Source: Folioceros fuciformis (Eukaryota). Taken from it: DNA of 64,000 nucleotides. Of the stretch, positions 37,101 through 50,904 are shown piece by piece. The DNA is taken from assembly GCA_049999805.1 (NCBI GenBank), contig JBNGIO010006314.1, positions 348,453 to 412,452 of the forward strand, in the 5' to 3' direction. The notes beneath the pieces were generated by a model. The model was not told where the DNA came from. It worked only from the letters and a program-made list of their open reading frames with translations, and ran no database searches. Position 1 is the first letter of the stretch. Each line of letters starts with the position of its first letter. Made by a program: the position numbers and the translations under genes.

Positions 37101-39515
37101 GTTACCTTCAACTTTTCCAACTCTAAACGCTTGTCTCTCACCTGCAAAGCACCACGAGATATCCTTCACTCTTAAGTCCGAAGGAAGAATGGCAACTACG
37201 CAAAACTTAAAGCCAACACTTACGGCTCGCATCCCAGCATAGCTAGGATCCAAAAATGGAGGTTCAAGATTACGTAAAGCTGTTGAGAGCCAGTCACAGG
37301 CCTCAACATTTTGTGGCATACGCGCTTCCTCAAACGATCCTTCTCTAAGGAGGGCTGCGTACTGGAAAGCAAGTCACTCCAACAGTTAGGCTTGAATATC
37401 TTGAGCAGCAAACCTGGAAGCATTAAGCATTGCACATACATGCATTGAAAACGTACCTCTGGTGGAATTCGCAACCGGTCCAGAAGTTTATTGAGCTCCT
37501 CCAAAAGTAAAGCATTATTCTGTGCTTGCACTTCAAGCCGATTGTTCCTGGCTTCAATCTGCAAATCAGAATCAGCTCCCTCTGGTGTTGCAACTGTACT
37601 GAGACCAGCTGTAGCTGCCAGTTGCTTTCTACTGAGGAGGCCAATCTGCACAACCCCTTGATGCACAACCACCCCTTGATGCACATACCGATTCAATGTC
37701 CTCCCGCATGTGCCTGAGCTTCACATTGAATATCCCAAGCCACTCATCCATGTCTTCAACGCTTGAAGTTGCCGAGTCAAGCTGCAGTAGCACCTAAGAA
37801 AAACATAGCTGCAACAGTATCATCACCAGGAGTACGCACAGAGGCCCTGAAACAATGTCAGCCAAACACTTCTCTGCTTACAACAGACATGTCCAGGAAT
37901 GCTTGGAGCAGGTATCTGATGAAGCAATGGCTAACAGCATCTGAACTAAGAATATTCAGTCTGACCACATACATACCTCTTCCACAAGCGGCTCACTTTC
38001 CAGAATAGCGTAGACATTTGCAGCTTCTAGAGCAGAAAGCTCCCTCTTTAATCGCTCGGAAAAGGCCTCAGCTTCATCAATTCCCATGACATATCTGTGG
38101 GTAAAGTTGCCAAAAGAGAGTTCAGCACAAGCTGATGAGACTGGGGCAAGTTGTATGAGGGGAAGGCAAAACATTTCCAGCAGGGACTGAGCTAAGATAC
38201 AAACGTGCCAAGCAGAGCCTCCATGTCTTCTTCTTCAGCCTTTGATACAAGATCCTTTTCTACAGTCACAGTATGGTCTTTCAGTGATGTCCCAGAATCT
38301 GCAAACTCTGCCAGATTTGGCCCCTCAATTGGCAACGCCTTTGCATTTGCCTGATAGTCACACAAAGAACCGGTAGCGGAAGCCAACAATCAAGACACAG
38401 AATCTGTGACATGAAGAAGCAAACCACGAAGGATAGCCAACATAGAAAAACTAGAATTATACAGGGCCAATCACCAAAACCCTGAATACCTGAGCCCATA
38501 AGGCCAAATCCACAACATCCATGCCCACAATTTTGGGCAGGCGCCCAAGGTTCTCTTTGCACAGTTTGAGGATGATCGTAAGGAACCGGTTTCTGCATAA
38601 ATAACGACACAGATAGCCAAGTTGACACGAAATTCCCCAAGTAATAACATCAGTGACATGTGCCAAAACACAAGTTTCAAATCCCTTCACCTTCACACGA
38701 ATGTCTGCTCCTACCTATCATCCACATTGCGCATGGTCCATTGAGGAGGTACAGTAGCATGACTCTTCAAGTTCTCAAATCCCTGAGGTCGCAAGCAGCA
38801 AACTCGGGTTACCACAGAGACATGAAAACACGTGACTTGATACGCTGCCACTACGACGAATCGACCCTTCAAAAGGATCTACGAAATGGAACAAAATTAG
38901 GATGTGTCACCAGCACGAAGGTGCAGCCAGACGGGTCGCTGGGAACGGACTCCACTCTGCCGAGGTGCTTCAGCTTGTAGACTTTGGAAATCTGCAAAAT
39001 GAGTACATGTGGAGTTCTGAGCCCTGATCTCGAGCACCTACGACGCCCCACAATGTTCAGCAGTCCAGCCTTGACTTAGCAAGCTAGACAAGCGCCAAGA
39101 CACGGCTCTGCCAACCTCTAGTCCAGTCGTCACTTGCTTGAGGATCTGTATCTTGACTTTAAACTTCTGCGTGGTCTTGGATCTCGTCGCTGGACGAGAA
39201 AGATTTCACGTTCCAAAACAATATCACAAATCAGCAGACGAGCTCATATCTCAAGAGCGTACGAAGACAATCACCGCAATCCCAATGCACCACCAGGAGT
39301 ACAGCCCTCGGTTAGCTACACTTCTGGAAGAACTGGATCTCACCAGTGAGCGACAAGATGCGAGGCTTGGAGGTAAGCCGATTTCTTCGCCCAGCCACGC
39401 TCCAAGCAGCTTCGCACTTGGTGACCTTGAAAGCCACCAGAACCGAGCTCTCATCGTCCCTGAAGAAGGCTTCCACGCTCTCAAGCAGCTCCGCATCCTC
39501 GACAGATTGGGCCAT
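34130..39515 (-). CDS. SEC3: Exocyst complex component SEC3 (multi-exon; part lies in an N gap)
   Basis: [29 protein letters not shown] (PH-like domain), [88 protein letters not shown]; stop at 34130-34132. Confidence 0.95.
36233..36632. other. Assembly gap (about 400 N) inside SEC3
   Basis: Run of N. Smaller gaps lie near 15555, 21052, 40963, 49342 and 52115. Confidence 0.99.
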
Positions 39516-39699
39516 TTCCTGGTTGTCGTGGAAATCCCAGGCCTGCCAGCAGGTGATTAGTCTTGTGTTCAGCAGGCTTCGGAACTAGCCCCCATGGCGT
39601 CTCCAGTACCCCTCCCGAGCAGAGAGGAAAGAAAGGAGCGAGTATTTGGTGGACCCTGAAATAAATTTAATACTAAATATTTCAAGAAATGCATATGTA

Positions 39700-39772
39700 T
39701 CCGTTGTAGTCTAGACGGTTAGGATACTCGGCTCTCACCCGAGCGACCCGGGTTCGAGTCCCGGCAACGGAA
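39700..39772 (+). tRNA. tRNA-Glu (anticodon CUC)
   Basis: Acceptor stem TCCGTTG/CAACGGA, anticodon arm CTCGG-CTCTCAC-CCGAG, T arm CCGGG-TTCGAGT-CCCGG, AT-rich upstream region and TTTT at about 39797. Confidence 0.98.
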
Positions 39773-41106
39773 CTAACATGATCACTCGGAAGCCGATTTT
39801 ATATGCATGTCATCGTAAGAGTTTTATAAATTCTGAGAAGCGTTACCACAATCTATAATGCGATGCTGGAAGCGTACCTCCCGTATAAGATACGATCTCC
39901 TTTTAGAGACTAAAAGGACAAGACATTAAGCTGATACTGTAAATTGCGATAGTCGGAGTAGTACCAGAAGATCAAAAAGCGGGCCTTGCAAGCTTCCGTA
40001 CAAGAGTACAAGAATACCCCATCCGGCCAGTTATCCGAGTCCAGAAATCGCTTGTAGAAATGACAGAACAGGAGCACAAAGCCGCTAGGATAGTGCATTT
40101 GTACACCTTATTAATTTTTTGTACGTATCCAGGTACGCAGGTATTTATGTCTAAGTGGGCATGAAAGGAGGACGGGCGGTCTGGTGAAGAAGATGCCGGT
40201 TGAAAAGGGGTCGCGGCCAGCGGCCAGCGGCCAACGGCCGTTACGAGGGTGTGCAAAGCGCCGCGCGGCCCTGGGTTTCGCCCGGGTCATACAGGTCGGT
40301 TTCGCCAGGGCCGTTACCCCCTGCCCGGTCCCGGGACACGACCGCCACTTTCTCCTTCCGCCAAAGTGACGGCACTTCCCCCATTCCATTCCCGTCAGCC
40401 CGCGCTCGCGCTTCCTCCACTGTTCTCTCTTAGCTTGGCGGCCCCGCTAAACGCCTCGCCTCGCCTCGCTTCCCTTTCCTTGCCTGGCCTGGGCTTCCCC
40501 TTCCTCTCCCCCTCGCCTCCGCCTCACGGGATTACTTCACAGTTGGGAGAGCAGGTGCGGGAGAGGAAGACGTTGGGGCACCTTCGTCCGGGAGAAGGGA
40601 AGCGCGCCGGCCAGCAGACCGAGGCGGTCGGGCGCACCTCAGCGCACCGCAGTGCAGTGCTGTGCTGTGCTGTGCGGACCGCAGCAGAGCACACCGTAGC
40701 AGAGCAGCCGAGAGCCGAAGTGAGCGCGCACTTGCGACGGCCTCGGCCCCGCCCCGCCCCCGGCTGGCTGGATCTCGTCCGGCTGCCCTCGAGGCCGGGG
40801 TAATTCCCGCCCTGCCGAGCCGGCTTTCTTCCGCGGCGCCACCATTTCCGATGCCGCCGAGCCATATCTTGATGAACGGGGCGGCGCCAGGTCGTGTGCC
40901 TGCTTGTGGCCTGGGCTGCTTCTGCTACGTCGGCTGAGGGACCGTGTGCTGCTGCTCTGAGATNNNNNNNNNNNNNNNNNNNNNNNNNNNNNNNNNNNNN
41001 NNNNNNNNNNNNNNNNNNNNNNNNNNNNNNNNNNNNNNNNNNNNNNNNNNNNNNNNNNNNNNNGTAGGAAGCAAGAAACTGGGGGATCACTGGGGGAGGG
41101 AAAGAA

Positions 41107-43257
41107 ATGGAGGCGGAAAAGAGGGCTCTTGGGATGAAGGGAGGGACAGGGACGGGGACTGGGACTGGGACTGCGGCAGCGGCAGCGGCAGCGGTGGGAG
41201 GCGACGACCGCATCAAGGGCCCCTGGTCGCCGGACGAGGACGCCATGCTCAATCAGCTGGTGGAGAAGGTCGGGCCGCGGAATTGGAGCCTTATAGCTAG
41301 AGGCATCCCTGGTCGGTCGGGGAAGTCTTGCCGGTTGAGGTGGTGCAACCAGCTGAATCCGGGAGTGAAGCGGAAGCCCTTCAGCGGTGAGTGCGGCAGG
41401 TGACTTGTATGTATGTGTGTATGTGTGTATGTGTGTGCGGCGCCTTGGCCTGCCTTGTGAGGATTGTGGTGTGCAGCGCTTGTGTGTGCTTGTCTGTCCT
41501 GTCGGTATCAAGAGGCTGGCGGCAGCAGCGGAGACACAGGTATGAGATTGCTTCACCTGCGCGGTGTGAATGGATCTAGGGTACTTGCAGTACAGTTAGG
41601 TAACGTTGTGTAGTGCCGGATGTTCTCATGGTATGTGTCTGGCTTTCTTTTGCGTGAGCAGATTTGAAATAAATACCAGTGCAATCAATCTGAGCTGTGC
41701 TTGACTCTAGCGGGAACCTTCTTGAAGCCGTGATACTTCTTCAGTGCATGTGAGACCTGGTTCATGTAAAGGTGGTTGCACGTTGGTGTGTGCCCCTCAT
41801 ATCTCGTGTGCACCATGTTCTACATTTTCGATTTACAGTCTGGCTCTAGTGTTATTACTTGGTTCAAGAGGGCAGGAGTGTGATGAGATGGGAGGGTTGG
41901 CAATCTGCACCTGGGGAAGGAAGTGGAGTGGTTTCCCTTTGTTTTACGTCGCTGTAGTGTCCGCAGTACAAGGATAGACCCGAACAGGGCTGTTACCTGC
42001 AGATAAGCTGATGGGTGTGGCCGGCCCTCGACTGTATCTTCTTTCTGTGGCTCCCTTGCGGCTGATTCGCATGTCATGTATTTGTGTTTGGCAGAAGAAG
42101 AAGATCGAGCTATCGTGGCAGCTCATTCCATTCATGGGAACAAGTGGGCCGCCATCGCTCGAATGCTCCCAGGGCGAACAGACAATGCAATCAAGAACCA
42201 CTGGAACTCCACCCTTCGCCGCAAATACATCGGGGATGACAGAGGTCAAAAGGAGGGTTCTTCAGATGGCTCAGATAGGTTGAAGGAGGAAATCAGTGAC
42301 ACGGATCGAAGCAAGTTGGGCAGGGATGACATGGATCTGGATGATGTTGGTGATGATTCTGGAAACAGGGATGGAGGTGACTATGAAGAAGACATGGCCA
42401 TCTCCTCGGAAACCCCGCGAAGTTCTTACTTCGAGTCAAAACTGAGGTCTGGGCTAAAAGGATCGAAACTAGGTGCAACGGACCAACTAGTAAAGCCAAG
42501 TGGTATGGAAGAAGCCACACATGCTACTCACATGACGGAAGCTCTTGTCCGACCTATACCTATACCCCGTGCCAGCGCATTCAGCAGTTACAGTGCCGTT
42601 GCAAGCAAACCTTCTTGCAATATGAAAGGCAATGAGTATGGCAGGGACGAGTTTGGGAATGGCTACAGTCCATCGCTGTCACTTTTCCTCCCGTCCTGTG
42701 TCAATTTTGAGGAAGACTGCTCTTTGTTTGCCCCCCGTAATGCAACCATGAGTCCCCACTGGCGCTGGAACACACCGGAGGTTCCGAGCCATTGTGGCAG
42801 GGGTTGTTGTCCTCCTCAGCTCTATGGAGCACAAGGGGAAAATTCCATCTCTCCTAAAGGTCCACTCATGGGTCCGGATTATGTGGAATTTGCAGAAGAC
42901 TATTTTCCTACTTCGAGTGGACTCTCAAATCTCTCTGTCTACAGTGACATGCTAGGTGTAGGTGGAGAAGGTGCAGGAGGTGGATGTGGATCGCCAGCTT
43001 CTGAGATGCTTGCTTCTGCTATCAACTCTGCTGTTGCACAGATGATGTTGCCAATGTTTCACGCACAGATGCAACAGCAGGAGCAGCAGGGGGGTGGAGA
43101 TAGCTGGCCTGGTGGCATAGACACAGGGGGTAATCAATCATGCAATAGCGACCTAGTCAGTTTGATGAGGGGCATTGTTGCGAGGCAGATAACTGTCTAC
43201 ACCTCAGCTGCTGTCATGGCCCAGGACAGTTCCGAGCAGAACGAAAACAAGCAGTGA
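41107..43257 (+). CDS. R2R3-MYB transcription factor (MYB1/MYB25/MYB109-like). Exons 41107-41386 and 42095-43257
   Basis: [12 protein letters not shown]...[75 protein letters not shown], with a phase-1 GT-AG intron. The N gap just upstream could hide an earlier start. Confidence 0.95.
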
Positions 43258-43944
43258 TCTATATCACCAGTTGACACTAAAGTGCCGTGCATGTGGTCTA
43301 TGGTTGGACACGAAGGAAAGAGGACTGTGGGCTCATGGCTGCTTTCGTATCTTCGGTATGATCCTCTCAATCGGAAGCTACTCCCGCGTTAGTACTGTGG
43401 TACCTCATAAACGTTAACCCTAAGGACATCCCTTCCCGTTCCTGTTGCTGGCCATTGAAATTTGCAGGGGCAGAAGACAAGGATGGAGTTTTTGAGGCAC
43501 TGGTAAACTCGGTGCAGTTCGTTCAGATGTAATCGCCAACCTTCAACCTTCGCGACATCTATTCACACTGTTGCTAGCCAATCCAAAATTTGCATGGCAG
43601 AAAGACCGGCTGTCTCACAGCACGCTAACTTGGCGATTAGGATTGTAACATACGACCTTCTGATATTTTGTGCAACTACTCCGTATGGCGCATCGTGTTG
43701 AGTCGTGTGGAGTCTCGTGCCTGTTTCCATGTATAGTTTATGAACGACATCCAGGATAATCTTTTGTCCGTTCTCAGAGAGGAATAACTTAAGCAAGTAT
43801 GAAATAGAACTACTTCTAAGCGTAAAACTACAAAATTAATTTGATTTGATTAATTTGGTTTGCATATCTCTACGCATGTGTCTCAAAATTAGGGTAAATT
43901 AGGGTTGTTGAGCAACAGCAAGTTTAACATACTAATTTCATAAG

Positions 43945-44800
43945 AGGATTCATGTACAATTCCTCCTCCATAAATCACAGACCCTTGTACATAGATTGCA
44001 CTTTGTTGGATCAATGTCAATTGTAAAAAAACACTTTAAGCAATATACAATACATATACAACCACACAATTTCTCTAATGCCTTTTCTGGTGCATAGTGA
44101 AGTTCATGCTCCCTAATTCAAGGGCAACTAAATTTGAAGATTGCATGAAAGTAGGAATTCCAATTTCAAAGGATATTCTTCTCCTACTTATACAATGGAG
44201 ACCACCCAACTTAGCCTCCAAACTTAAGGCACAAAAAGGAAAGAGAATAGAAGATTTGGTGAAAAGGTGTCTGCATGCTTGTGCCTTGCCCTAAATTTGA
44301 CTCCATAGTGTAACTCCCCTAACCCGCATGTAGGAGGAATGGGCAGCATAGCACCACATGTGCCCTACCCTAAAGGTGGTTCAACCCTGTTACGTCAAGC
44401 CACTAACTATGTTGCTCCACATGACAGTCCTTACAAGCTTGTCAAGAATCATAGAATCAAAGACAAAGGGCATGGAACCAAGAACAATCAGTGGATCTCC
44501 TTACCCATTTTCATTTCACCATTATGTGCAACACTTTTGCACAAACTAGGTTAGAATAAGCTTGTTCTTGTCCTATGTTTGAGATGACAATTTTCTAGAA
44601 CCCTAAATCGAGAAAAGCTCTCAAGATACACACTAAAGGAACATTGCTTTGCAAAAGAAACCAATGTGTATTTTCTGAGAATATAAGAAGAAGATCTTTC
44701 ATCCTGTTTAATCTCCTACTAAGTGAAAGGAGATTCTTTTCTATATTAGGGACATATAGAATAGACACATTAGGTAACACTCAGACATCGTGTGATAGAA
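43945..44800 (-). mobile_element. Heavily degraded Ty1/copia pol remnant
   Basis: NVSILYVPNIEKNLLSLS matches the copia L.NVLYVP.L..NLLS motif. Weaker downstream traces (IREHELHYAPE, integrase-like; EEELYMNP, RT-like) occur in the copia order. Many stops; AT-rich. Confidence 0.55.
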
Positions 44801-45692
44801 ACTTGTAGGTACTCTTATGTTTAGCAAATATTGACATTTTCACTTAGCTTGAACAAATTTAGTCTTGCCATGCTCTTCAATTCTACCGCAAAGTTGTCCC
44901 AATTTAAATAGCTTGTGAATTATCATTTGGCACTATTGGTAGTGGTAGGTAGGCCTTTTTGTTATTCTACATCATGATATTTTGGGAGTAGTAGGTAGTT
45001 TTTGAAAATAATTTACCTTATTTGCCTTTGACCCATGACCCAGCTCAGGTTGTTTCTCCAATCTTTAGAGTAGATAGAATTTCCATCTCTTTTTCAGCAA
45101 TATAAGATACTATATGATACTCAATACAAGGATATGTGTTTTTGACATGTATTCTCTTTTTATTTGTAAAAACATAAAATTCATGCTATACTAAATTGAA
45201 AAAGAAGAAGATTTATTCTATTATATCGATGAGCCAAATACCTAGTTTAATTTTAACTTATAATTTATATAAAAATGATCCTCAAGATATTTTACAAACA
45301 ATAAAGATTTATTAATAAAATTAGATTATTTTAATTTTAATTTAGATGAAGTATAAAATATCTTACTTATTTAGTTTGACCAGAACTCACATTCAGCAAC
45401 TGGTGTTTATGGCTACCTACCTTAGCTTGTCCTCCTTATGCGCACCACATATCATTCCCAAACCAGGGTATCTCTCCACTTTGTTTTTTTTTCCATTCCC
45501 ACCTTGAAACCCAAATGCATGACTCCAGATTTGGGATCGTTACTTCAGCGATCAGCACTTCCTCATAGAACTTCGTTAATTAAAACGTGCAGATATCAAA
45601 ATCACCTCACTGCGGGTTCCACCACTTAGGGCTACCGCGTTTTGCCCAACCAGAGCTGGTATTACCGTACATCTCGGGTATACCCTATAAAA

Positions 45693-48374
45693 TCATGGTT
45701 GGCTGACTCCACTGTTTTGCCTTGACGGCTGCCTTTCCAAGACGGCATTCAGCAGCAAGTCCACCACCATGCTCATGTGAGGGCGTTGCGAGGGCGATGG
45801 ATCTGTGCAGGTGAGCGCCACCTTCAGAACCGCAACCATTTGTTCGCGCACAGCTTCCGGGTCTGCCATCATGGAAGGGTCTAGAAGGTCGTCCGTCACA
45901 TCCCCTTTCGATGCAACGCTTCTCACCCAGCTCACAAGATCCGGATTGTCTCCGTAGGCTTCTTCTCTCAGAATCCTTCCAGTCACAATTTCCATCAGGA
46001 CCACTCCGTAGCTGTACACATTGCTCTTCTTGGTCACCTCCATGGTGAATACATATTCTGATCAATCGCTTATAAGGAGTCAGTAGGAACGAATTCGCGG
46101 TAAAGGGTTGAAGGATTTGGAATGGATACACTCGACCCTACCTGGAGCAAGATAGCCGACGGAGCCCGGAAGGGCTTTCATGCTACGGGCGTGCCCCTTG
46201 GAGGACTCCATCACGTCAAACAGCTCGCAGTCTCCAACCACGGCTTCATGCTCTTCACTGACAAAGATGTTGCTTGAGGTGATGTCCAAGTGAATGATGG
46301 AAGAGTCTGCTGCCTGGTCGTGAAGGTAGGCGATACCCTGAGCAGCGCCGAGAGCAATCTGATACCTGGCAGACCATTTCAGCTTGTTCTGGCTCAGCAA
46401 GAGTCGCAGGGTCCCGTTTCTGACCCTCCTGTAGACAATCATAACGGCCTCATCAGACACCAGGAATCCCACCGGCTGCATCAGATTTTTGTGCTTAAGG
46501 TAGTCCTTGCTCAAAGCGGTTTCCAGTTCTGTCATCCGCTCTTTGTAGTGCTCCAGCACATCTTTTTCCAGCATGACCTTCTTCACTACCAGATCCACCT
46601 TTCGGGCTCGGTACATTTTGCTGAACCTGTTGCTGCTTATGGGAGGAGGTCTCCCATTTACCGTGTTATCTACCAGTTCTTCTAGATCCACTCCCGGGAA
46701 GCTGTCCGTGAGGAAGCGACCTGCAGCTGGTAGCGAAGGATCCATCACGACGGCAGCCCGCCGGCGATACCTGTACCCCTTTCCTCGACACCGCAGCCAT
46801 GCCAGCAGCAAAATAGCACCGATCCCCAGGGCAGTGCCTGCCCCTACGATGCCCAGGCCAGGAATCAGCCATTCCTCGATCCTTTCCTTTTCCCCGCGCC
46901 TACAAGGAGCCAGCGGGGATCCGCACAGCCCAGGGTTACCTGCAAACGAAGTCCAGTTCAGGACGGATGCCGGGAGCGAAGGCAGCGAGCCTGTGAGCAA
47001 GTTGTTGGAGACGTTCAACACCTGCAAGCTCCGCATGTTCTCCATATTCGCAGGAATATGCCCGGACAGCCTGTTGTAGGACAGATCCATCACCCGGAGT
47101 TTCTGCAAATTGGCGACCCCGTCCGGAATGCCTCCAGTGAGCACACTAAAGCTGAGATCAAGCACTTCCAGATTCTCCAGGCTCCCAATCTCCACAGGAA
47201 TGCCCCCGCCGATAGCATTCCTCCCGATCTTGAGCTCCACCAGGTTCTTCAACCCTACAATCGTGCTGGGAATCACGCCAGACATCCGATTGTGTTGCAA
47301 AACCAGGTACTTCAAGCTGGTCATGTTCCCCACGTTGTCCGGAATGCCCCCGCCCAGTAGATTAACACTCAGATCAAGACTGACAAGGCCGGGCAAGCTG
47401 AGCAACGACGGCGGGATGCTGGTGGCCAGATAGTTGAAAGACAAATCCACACTCACCAGCGTCTCTATCTCTCCAAAGCCAGCGGGAATCGCTCCCGCCA
47501 GCTGGTTCCTCCGCAGATTGAGCAACTCCAAGTTCCCGCAGTTCCCGATCGCACCCGGGATCGGGCCATAGAGCCCGACCCCCTCCAGCTCCAGGACCGA
47601 AAGATTGCCCAACATCCCTATCTCCCCCGGCAGAACGCCTTCGAGAGAGTTCCAGCTCAGACGCAAACCTCTCAGGGCCTGGCACATGCCGATCTCGGTC
47701 GGAATCGCTCCCGCCAGATTGTTGTCCGACAGGTCGATCCATTGCAGCAAACTCCCGTTGCAAATTCCGTGCGGGACAGACCCGCTCAGAAAATTCCCCG
47801 ACAGATTCAAGGACACAAGCCCCGCGCACCACACGGGCACGCTCCCCGTGAGCTGGTTCCTGGAAAGATCCAGCTCCTCGAGGCCCAACGCGGAGGAGAA
47901 GGTGCCCGGCACGGTACCGTTGAGCTCGTTGTCCGCCAGCCGCAGCACCTTGAGGTCCGGTAGCTGCGCCAGCTGCGGCGGAATGGGACCGGTGAATGCA
48001 TTCTGGGAGAGGTCGAGGAAGGCGAGCTTGGTGGCGTTAGCGAGCTCGGGAGGGATCGGGCCGCGAAAAGAGTTGTTAGCGGCGCTCAGTGTAAGCAGGT
48101 CCGGGAGGGAGCCCAGCGCGGGGGAGAGCGGTCCTCGGAGATTGAGCGAGGAGAGGGCCAGGCCGGAGACGGAGCCGGAGTTGGAGCAGGCGACGCCAAG
48201 CCAGGAGCAGGGCTCCGTTCCCGCCCAGCTGCTGAGAACGGTGCTCCCGTTGTCGTCAAGCTCCTGCTTGAATCGCAGCAGGAGCTGCACATCGGGGGTG
48301 AGGCCCAGGCTCAGGCCCGGGCCGAGGAGGAGCAGGAGCAGGAGCAGCAGCAGCAGCAACTGCGGCCACACCAT
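45693..48374 (-). CDS. LRR receptor-like kinase, PXC3-like atypical kinase. Exons 48374-46142 and 46057-45693
   Basis: Poly-Leu signal peptide, LRRNT cap (W..C.W.GV.C), many plant LRRs, GNPGLCG cap, TM segment, kinase with IIHLDITSSNI, GDCEL and GSVGYLAP|EYVFTMEVTKKSNVYSYGVVLME. Confidence 0.93.
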
Positions 48375-48759
48375 GTCGCCTGCGAAATCAGGGTGTTTCC
48401 ATCTTCCAGCCTTGAGTTGCAATTGGTGTCCTGCTGTGATGAGTACGCGTCCCGACACACATTTTTGGTAGTCGGGCTCACGTCGCTCTCACTAATAGCC
48501 CAGGAGTGGTCCAAGAGGTGGCACCATGAACTGTTGAAGCTTCTTACGTACGTTTCTATCCTGAGAGATTCGTTTCCTGTGGGGTTTACGCTGACGTGCT
48601 AGCATCAGGCGTAGCTGGCTGGCCATGAGTTGTTGGAAGCCCCCTCACCTAGATTCCGTATTTTAAATAAATACGTTTGTATTTATACGTATAAAATACG
48701 TATAGATGGTAGTATGTAAAGAGGTGTTGGATTTTTATTTCTGGTTTTGGAGCACGAAA

Positions 48760-48960
48760 AGACAAGTAAAATTTTGGTAATCTTTGACAAAAGTGGGAAC
48801 AACTTCATAACCTACCCATACTATCTCTTATATCTTAAATCCAAAGTATCAAGGGATGGCCAAGAAATAGATGTAGCTATCATGTCAGGTCTACATATTG
48901 GATGCAATCATGGGTGCAGGATCCAAAAGAATCAAAAGCGAATTATTTGGATCAAGCCGG
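48760..48960 (+). mobile_element. Frameshifted hAT transposase fragment
   Basis: Joining frames gives IFDK/KWEQLHN...YLKSK...DVAIMSGL/VQDPKE, resembling the plant hAT segment DKRW.QLH.PLH.A.Y.LNP...D.E.M.GL. AT-rich context. Confidence 0.45.
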
Positions 48961-49254
48961 GGTGTCAAGCATGATTGTGTATTGTAACTTAGATGCATGC
49001 AAATAGGAATTAGTTAATAATTAAGTGCATGTAAATAGAAATTAATTAATAATTAAGTGATGTTAATAAATGATATTAATAATAATTAATAATTATTTAG
49101 TGAAAATGATTAGAAAATATAATCTAATATAAATTCAACTAAATAAACACAACTAGATGTGTGGATATGATTGCAGCAGGTCTCTAATAACAACCATAAA
49201 AGCCTAGCTCATTACCAGCAAGCATAAAAAGCTTAGCTCAGTAATGTCTGCTAC

Positions 49255-49440
49255 TGTAGCTGTATTCTCTTGCTTTCTGGAATAGGCTGTAGCTCTAAGC
49301 TTGTATGCTTTCTGGAATAGGCTGTAGCTCTAAGCTTGTATNNNNNNNNNNCTAAGCTTGTATGCTTTCTGGAATAGGCTGTAGCTCTAAGCTTGTATTC
49401 TCTTGCTTTCTGGCATAGGCTGTATTCTGGAATAGGCTTT
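49255..49440. repeat. 35-bp minisatellite spanning a 10-N gap
   Basis: Unit ctttctggaataggctgtagctctaagcttgtatg is repeated; the true copy number is unknown because of the gap. Confidence 0.9.
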
Positions 49441-50298
49441 CTTTTGAAGATTGAGGTGTGTGTGAAGCAAACGCTTCGCTCTTACAAGCTTACAACTCCT
49501 AGGCAGGCTCGTTGAAAGAATACGAGTTGATGTCAACTTTGCAAGCTTCTTGCAAGGCACAAGTTGCTGAAGATTTGAAGTGCTGGAGCTTTGAGGCCGC
49601 AAGGAAAAGCTTCGGCAAATCGGAAGAAAGAACATTAGCCTGATCGCCAAGAAGGGGCTGCCCTCAGTTCTGTCGAGGAGGTGGAGAGTAGGGCGCAGCT
49701 CAGTCGCGGGGCACGGCTACAGTTTGCCCACAGCCAACAGCGAGAGCAGGGGGACACGTGGGCGCAGCTCGGGCTCCGAGAGCGAGAAACGTGGGGCACC
49801 ACCCCGGCCAAAGCTCAAACGCGGTTCGGCTGACGTTGGCACACATATTCTGGAGCGGGATGCAATCCGACTCTGGAGAAGGATCCAATCCGGTTCTTAC
49901 TGGTCCCACTTCTCATTTGAACACACATATCCTAAAGGGTATGGAGAGCGGTAGTGCGCCCAGCCTATGGCTCCTCGGTCGAGTCACACCGGGGCTCAAA
50001 ACGCTGGGACAGTGTAGGCCGGGGGAATCGAGGAGCCGGTTTCGCGGGTGAAGCTTCGGAACATTGGGGCGTGTGTCGCACGAGTAGAAAAGTGGAAGTG
50101 GACTAAGCAATAAAGCTATAAGGCGTAGCCTCTCCATCAAAGCATTGTGTGAAACAGCGCTAGAGCGCTTCGCTCCTATTGCATTGAGCGCGTGGCTGGA
50201 AAGATTGGAGCACGTACCTGGAGCTTCCGCCTGCACACAATCTCGCCTGGAGGAGGCCTCCCTCAGCCATTGGCAAGCCATCAGTGCAGGTCCAGTCG

Positions 50299-50904
50299 AT
50301 GCAGCAATCAGTGGCGAGGCGGGGGCACTCTGATATGCTGACGCGGCGGGATGACACGAGCCCGGAGTCACTTCGGTTGTTCGCCGACGTTCAGCTTGAC
50401 AGCCAGCAGCAGAAGCTACTGACGTTGTGCACCCTGGTCATGGGGTGTTCATTCGCCGCGATGATGCAGCCTCCGGGGGGCGTGAATACGGACAATACTA
50501 ACTGTGACAAGGTGAAGTTGGGACAGGCGAATCTGTGGCCGAATTCGACGAATTTCTCTGTCTTCGTCGCCGCGAGTGGCTGCGCGATGGCGGTTGCTTA
50601 TTTCGCTGTCCTCATCTCGTTTGTGTTCCCGCCTAGGACGATTTGGTGGAGTGGGACAGCGCTCTGCTTTATTTCTGTCCAATGCCTCCTTGGTGCATTT
50701 TGCGCATCGCTGTCGATCGTCGTGGGCCAGGAGGGGAGCATTTTCATCATCGGTGCTTTCTTGCTGAATCTCTGCTTTATCCTGCTCTTCATCTGGTGCA
50801 GCGTGTGCGCCAGGTGCAAGAGAATCTGGGACTCTACTACGCGTCCAAGGGCAGACATCTTACCGTCACACGGAGCAAGCGAGCAACTACCTTCAAACTT
50901 CTGA
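50299..50904 (+). CDS. PGG-domain membrane protein without ankyrin repeats
   Basis: LLTLCTLVMGCSFAAMMQPPGG followed by three or four hydrophobic helices (FSVFVAASGCAM.., ALCFISVQCLLGAFCAS.., IFIIGAFLLNLCFILLFIW). First in-frame ATG at 50299. Confidence 0.72.
   Translation: MQQSVARRGHSDMLTRRDDTSPESLRLFADVQLDSQQQKLLTLCTLVMGCSFAAMMQPPGGVNTDNTNCDKVKLGQANLWPNSTNFSVFVAASGCAMAVAYFAVLISFVFPPRTIWWSGTALCFISVQCLLGAFCASLSIVVGQEGSIFIIGAFLLNLCFILLFIWCSVCARCKRIWDSTTRPRADILPSHGASEQLPSNF

Noticed and set aside
49255-49440. 35-bp repeats resembling a CRISPR array
   Set aside because: The units are head-to-tail with no unique spacers, there are no cas genes, and the context is eukaryotic.
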